DNA from: Butyribacter sp.
GTDB lineage: Bacteria > Bacillota > Clostridia > Lachnospirales > Lachnospiraceae
Assembly (NCBI GenBank): GCA_050874945.1
Contig: JBNMLR010000001.1
Coordinates: 1 to 36,017, forward strand
Length of the DNA stretch: 36,017 nt
Reading direction: 5' to 3'
Shown here: positions 35,063-36,017 of the stretch, in pieces
How positions within the stretch are numbered: position 1 is the stretch's first letter
How the letters are laid out: every line of letters starts with the position of its first letter
The notes under the pieces: generated by a model
What the model saw: the letters and a program-made list of their open reading frames with translations, nothing else
What the model was told of the DNA's origin: nothing
The model's database searches: none
Program-made: the position numbers and the translations under genes

Positions 35063-35563
35063 TTAAGCCTCTGCAGCTCCATCACCCTTTTCAGCGATCT
35101 GATTAAGAACACGCGCAAGATTTGTGATAGGTGACTGTAAAGAACCAAGTAACTTGGAAATAAGTTCCTCTCTTGAAGGGATGCTCGCAAGTGATTTAAC
35201 ACCGTCAACATCGTAGAATGTTCCTTCTACTACTGCACCCTTAAATTCAAGTGCCTCAGCTTCCTTTGCTACATTGTTAAGTATTCTGATAGGAGCTGTT
35301 GCATCCTCTTTTGAAATAGCGATAGCAGATGGTCCGTCAAGTAAGTCATCTAACTGAGCAAAATCAGTTCCTTCAAAAGCACGCTTCATAAGTGTGTTTT
35401 TGTAAACTTTGTACTCACATCCTGCCTCTCTAAGTCCTTTACGAAGCTTTGTATCCTGCTCTACTGTAAGTCCACGATAATCTACAAGTACAACAGTTGC
35501 AGCACCGTCAATCTTTGCCTTAATCTCATCAACTATAGGCTGTTTGATTTCAACTTTTGCCAT
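35063..35563 (-). CDS. rplJ: 50S ribosomal protein L10
   Basis: DYRGLTV, YKVYKNTL, LASIPSREEL. True start is ATG 35563 (MAKVEIK, RBS AGGAG); the track's 72-aa extension runs through the leader. Confidence 0.97.
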   Translation of the reverse strand: MAKVEIKQPIVDEIKAKIDGAATVVLVDYRGLTVEQDTKLRKGLREAGCEYKVYKNTLMKRAFEGTDFAQLDDLLDGPSAIAISKEDATAPIRILNNVAKEAEALEFKGAVVEGTFYDVDGVKSLASIPSREELISKLLGSLQSPITNLARVLNQIAEKGDGAAEA

Positions 35564-35672
35564 GAGTAAGTCTCCTTTCCTGGGTTCTCCCCATAATATC
35601 CACTGCAGACAGACAATATAGTTTGTCCTGAAAAGTCGATTATATTTAAACGAAACACAATCTCTTTCAGGC

Positions 35673-35797
35673 AAAATAAAAACCTCGTCGCATAAATCCA
35701 GCCGAACGAGGTGAAAATAATTCATATCGAAATTCATCTTCCTCGGTAGGCGTTTGTACTTACACCGGTTCACCGGCACCTACTGTCTACGGCAGTG
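35673..35797 (-). promoter_or_regulatory. L10 leader (r-protein autoregulatory RNA) with attenuator hairpin
   Basis: Minus strand ccgtagacagtaggtg...cctaccgagg, then acctcgt...acgaggtttttatttt. Confidence 0.85.
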
Positions 35798-35824
35798 TGT
35801 CCTGCAATTCACAGAACAAAAACA

Positions 35825-35854
35825 ATGATACTACAATACGAATATAAATGTCAA
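35825..35854 (-). promoter_or_regulatory. Promoter of rplJL
   Basis: TTGACA-18 bp-TATCAT upstream of the L10 leader. Confidence 0.65.
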
Positions 35855-36017
35855 GCATTTTTTTCTTTTTACTGATAAATTTTAATTTTAGGAAATGTGA
35901 TACCAGACTCTTACTATATCTCTTTCACTTCTCTTCTAAAAAAACGCCGCCACCGGCAGATGAAATTTTACTTCTGCCTCTGGCGGTTCTCCCCCCCCCG
36001 AAAACAAATGTTCGATA

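Noticed and set aside
35564-35779. 72-aa N-terminal extension of L10 in the ORF track
   Set aside because: It overlaps the L10 leader and attenuator; a good RBS and a typical N-terminus lie at 35563.
35946-35999. Hairpin and C9 run at the window end as a phase-variable site
   Set aside because: Not within a visible gene or promoter spacer, and the context is cut off by the window edge.

Overview
Low-GC Firmicute chromosome segment that looks Lachnospiraceae/Eubacterium-like (inferred from gene content). Most genes are on the minus strand. The housekeeping backbone is a secreted CpdB-like nucleotidase, a two-domain TagF-like polymerase with tagD, hisC, a class I aminotransferase, a class B sortase with its APKTG substrate, a hybrid histidine kinase, a CDF transporter, YitT, an SDR, a Cof HAD hydrolase and rplJ-rplL with an L10 leader. 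Several elements are missing from the ORF track. (1) A complete Fst-type type I toxin-antitoxin module sits between 19-bp inverted repeats, next to a GTAAC-ended MITE with an 8-bp target duplication. (2) Two identical tRNA-Lys(CTT) genes face each other 6.6 kb apart. (3) A doubly frameshifted Rpn gene keeps an intact internal small ORF. (4) An agr-type quorum-sensing locus has a short agrD divergent from agrBAC across a mirror-symmetric LytTR promoter. agrD is followed by a secreted protein and a 4-gene ABC module, whose upstream region shares a 35-bp operator with a gene next to an OmpR-type two-component system. (5) A type III TA locus has three 45-nt antitoxin repeats showing compensatory pseudoknot changes. 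(6) There are two dispersed intergenic repeat families and a 59-aa, 11-Cys peptide. All calls come from reading the sequence; no database searches or folding programs were run.
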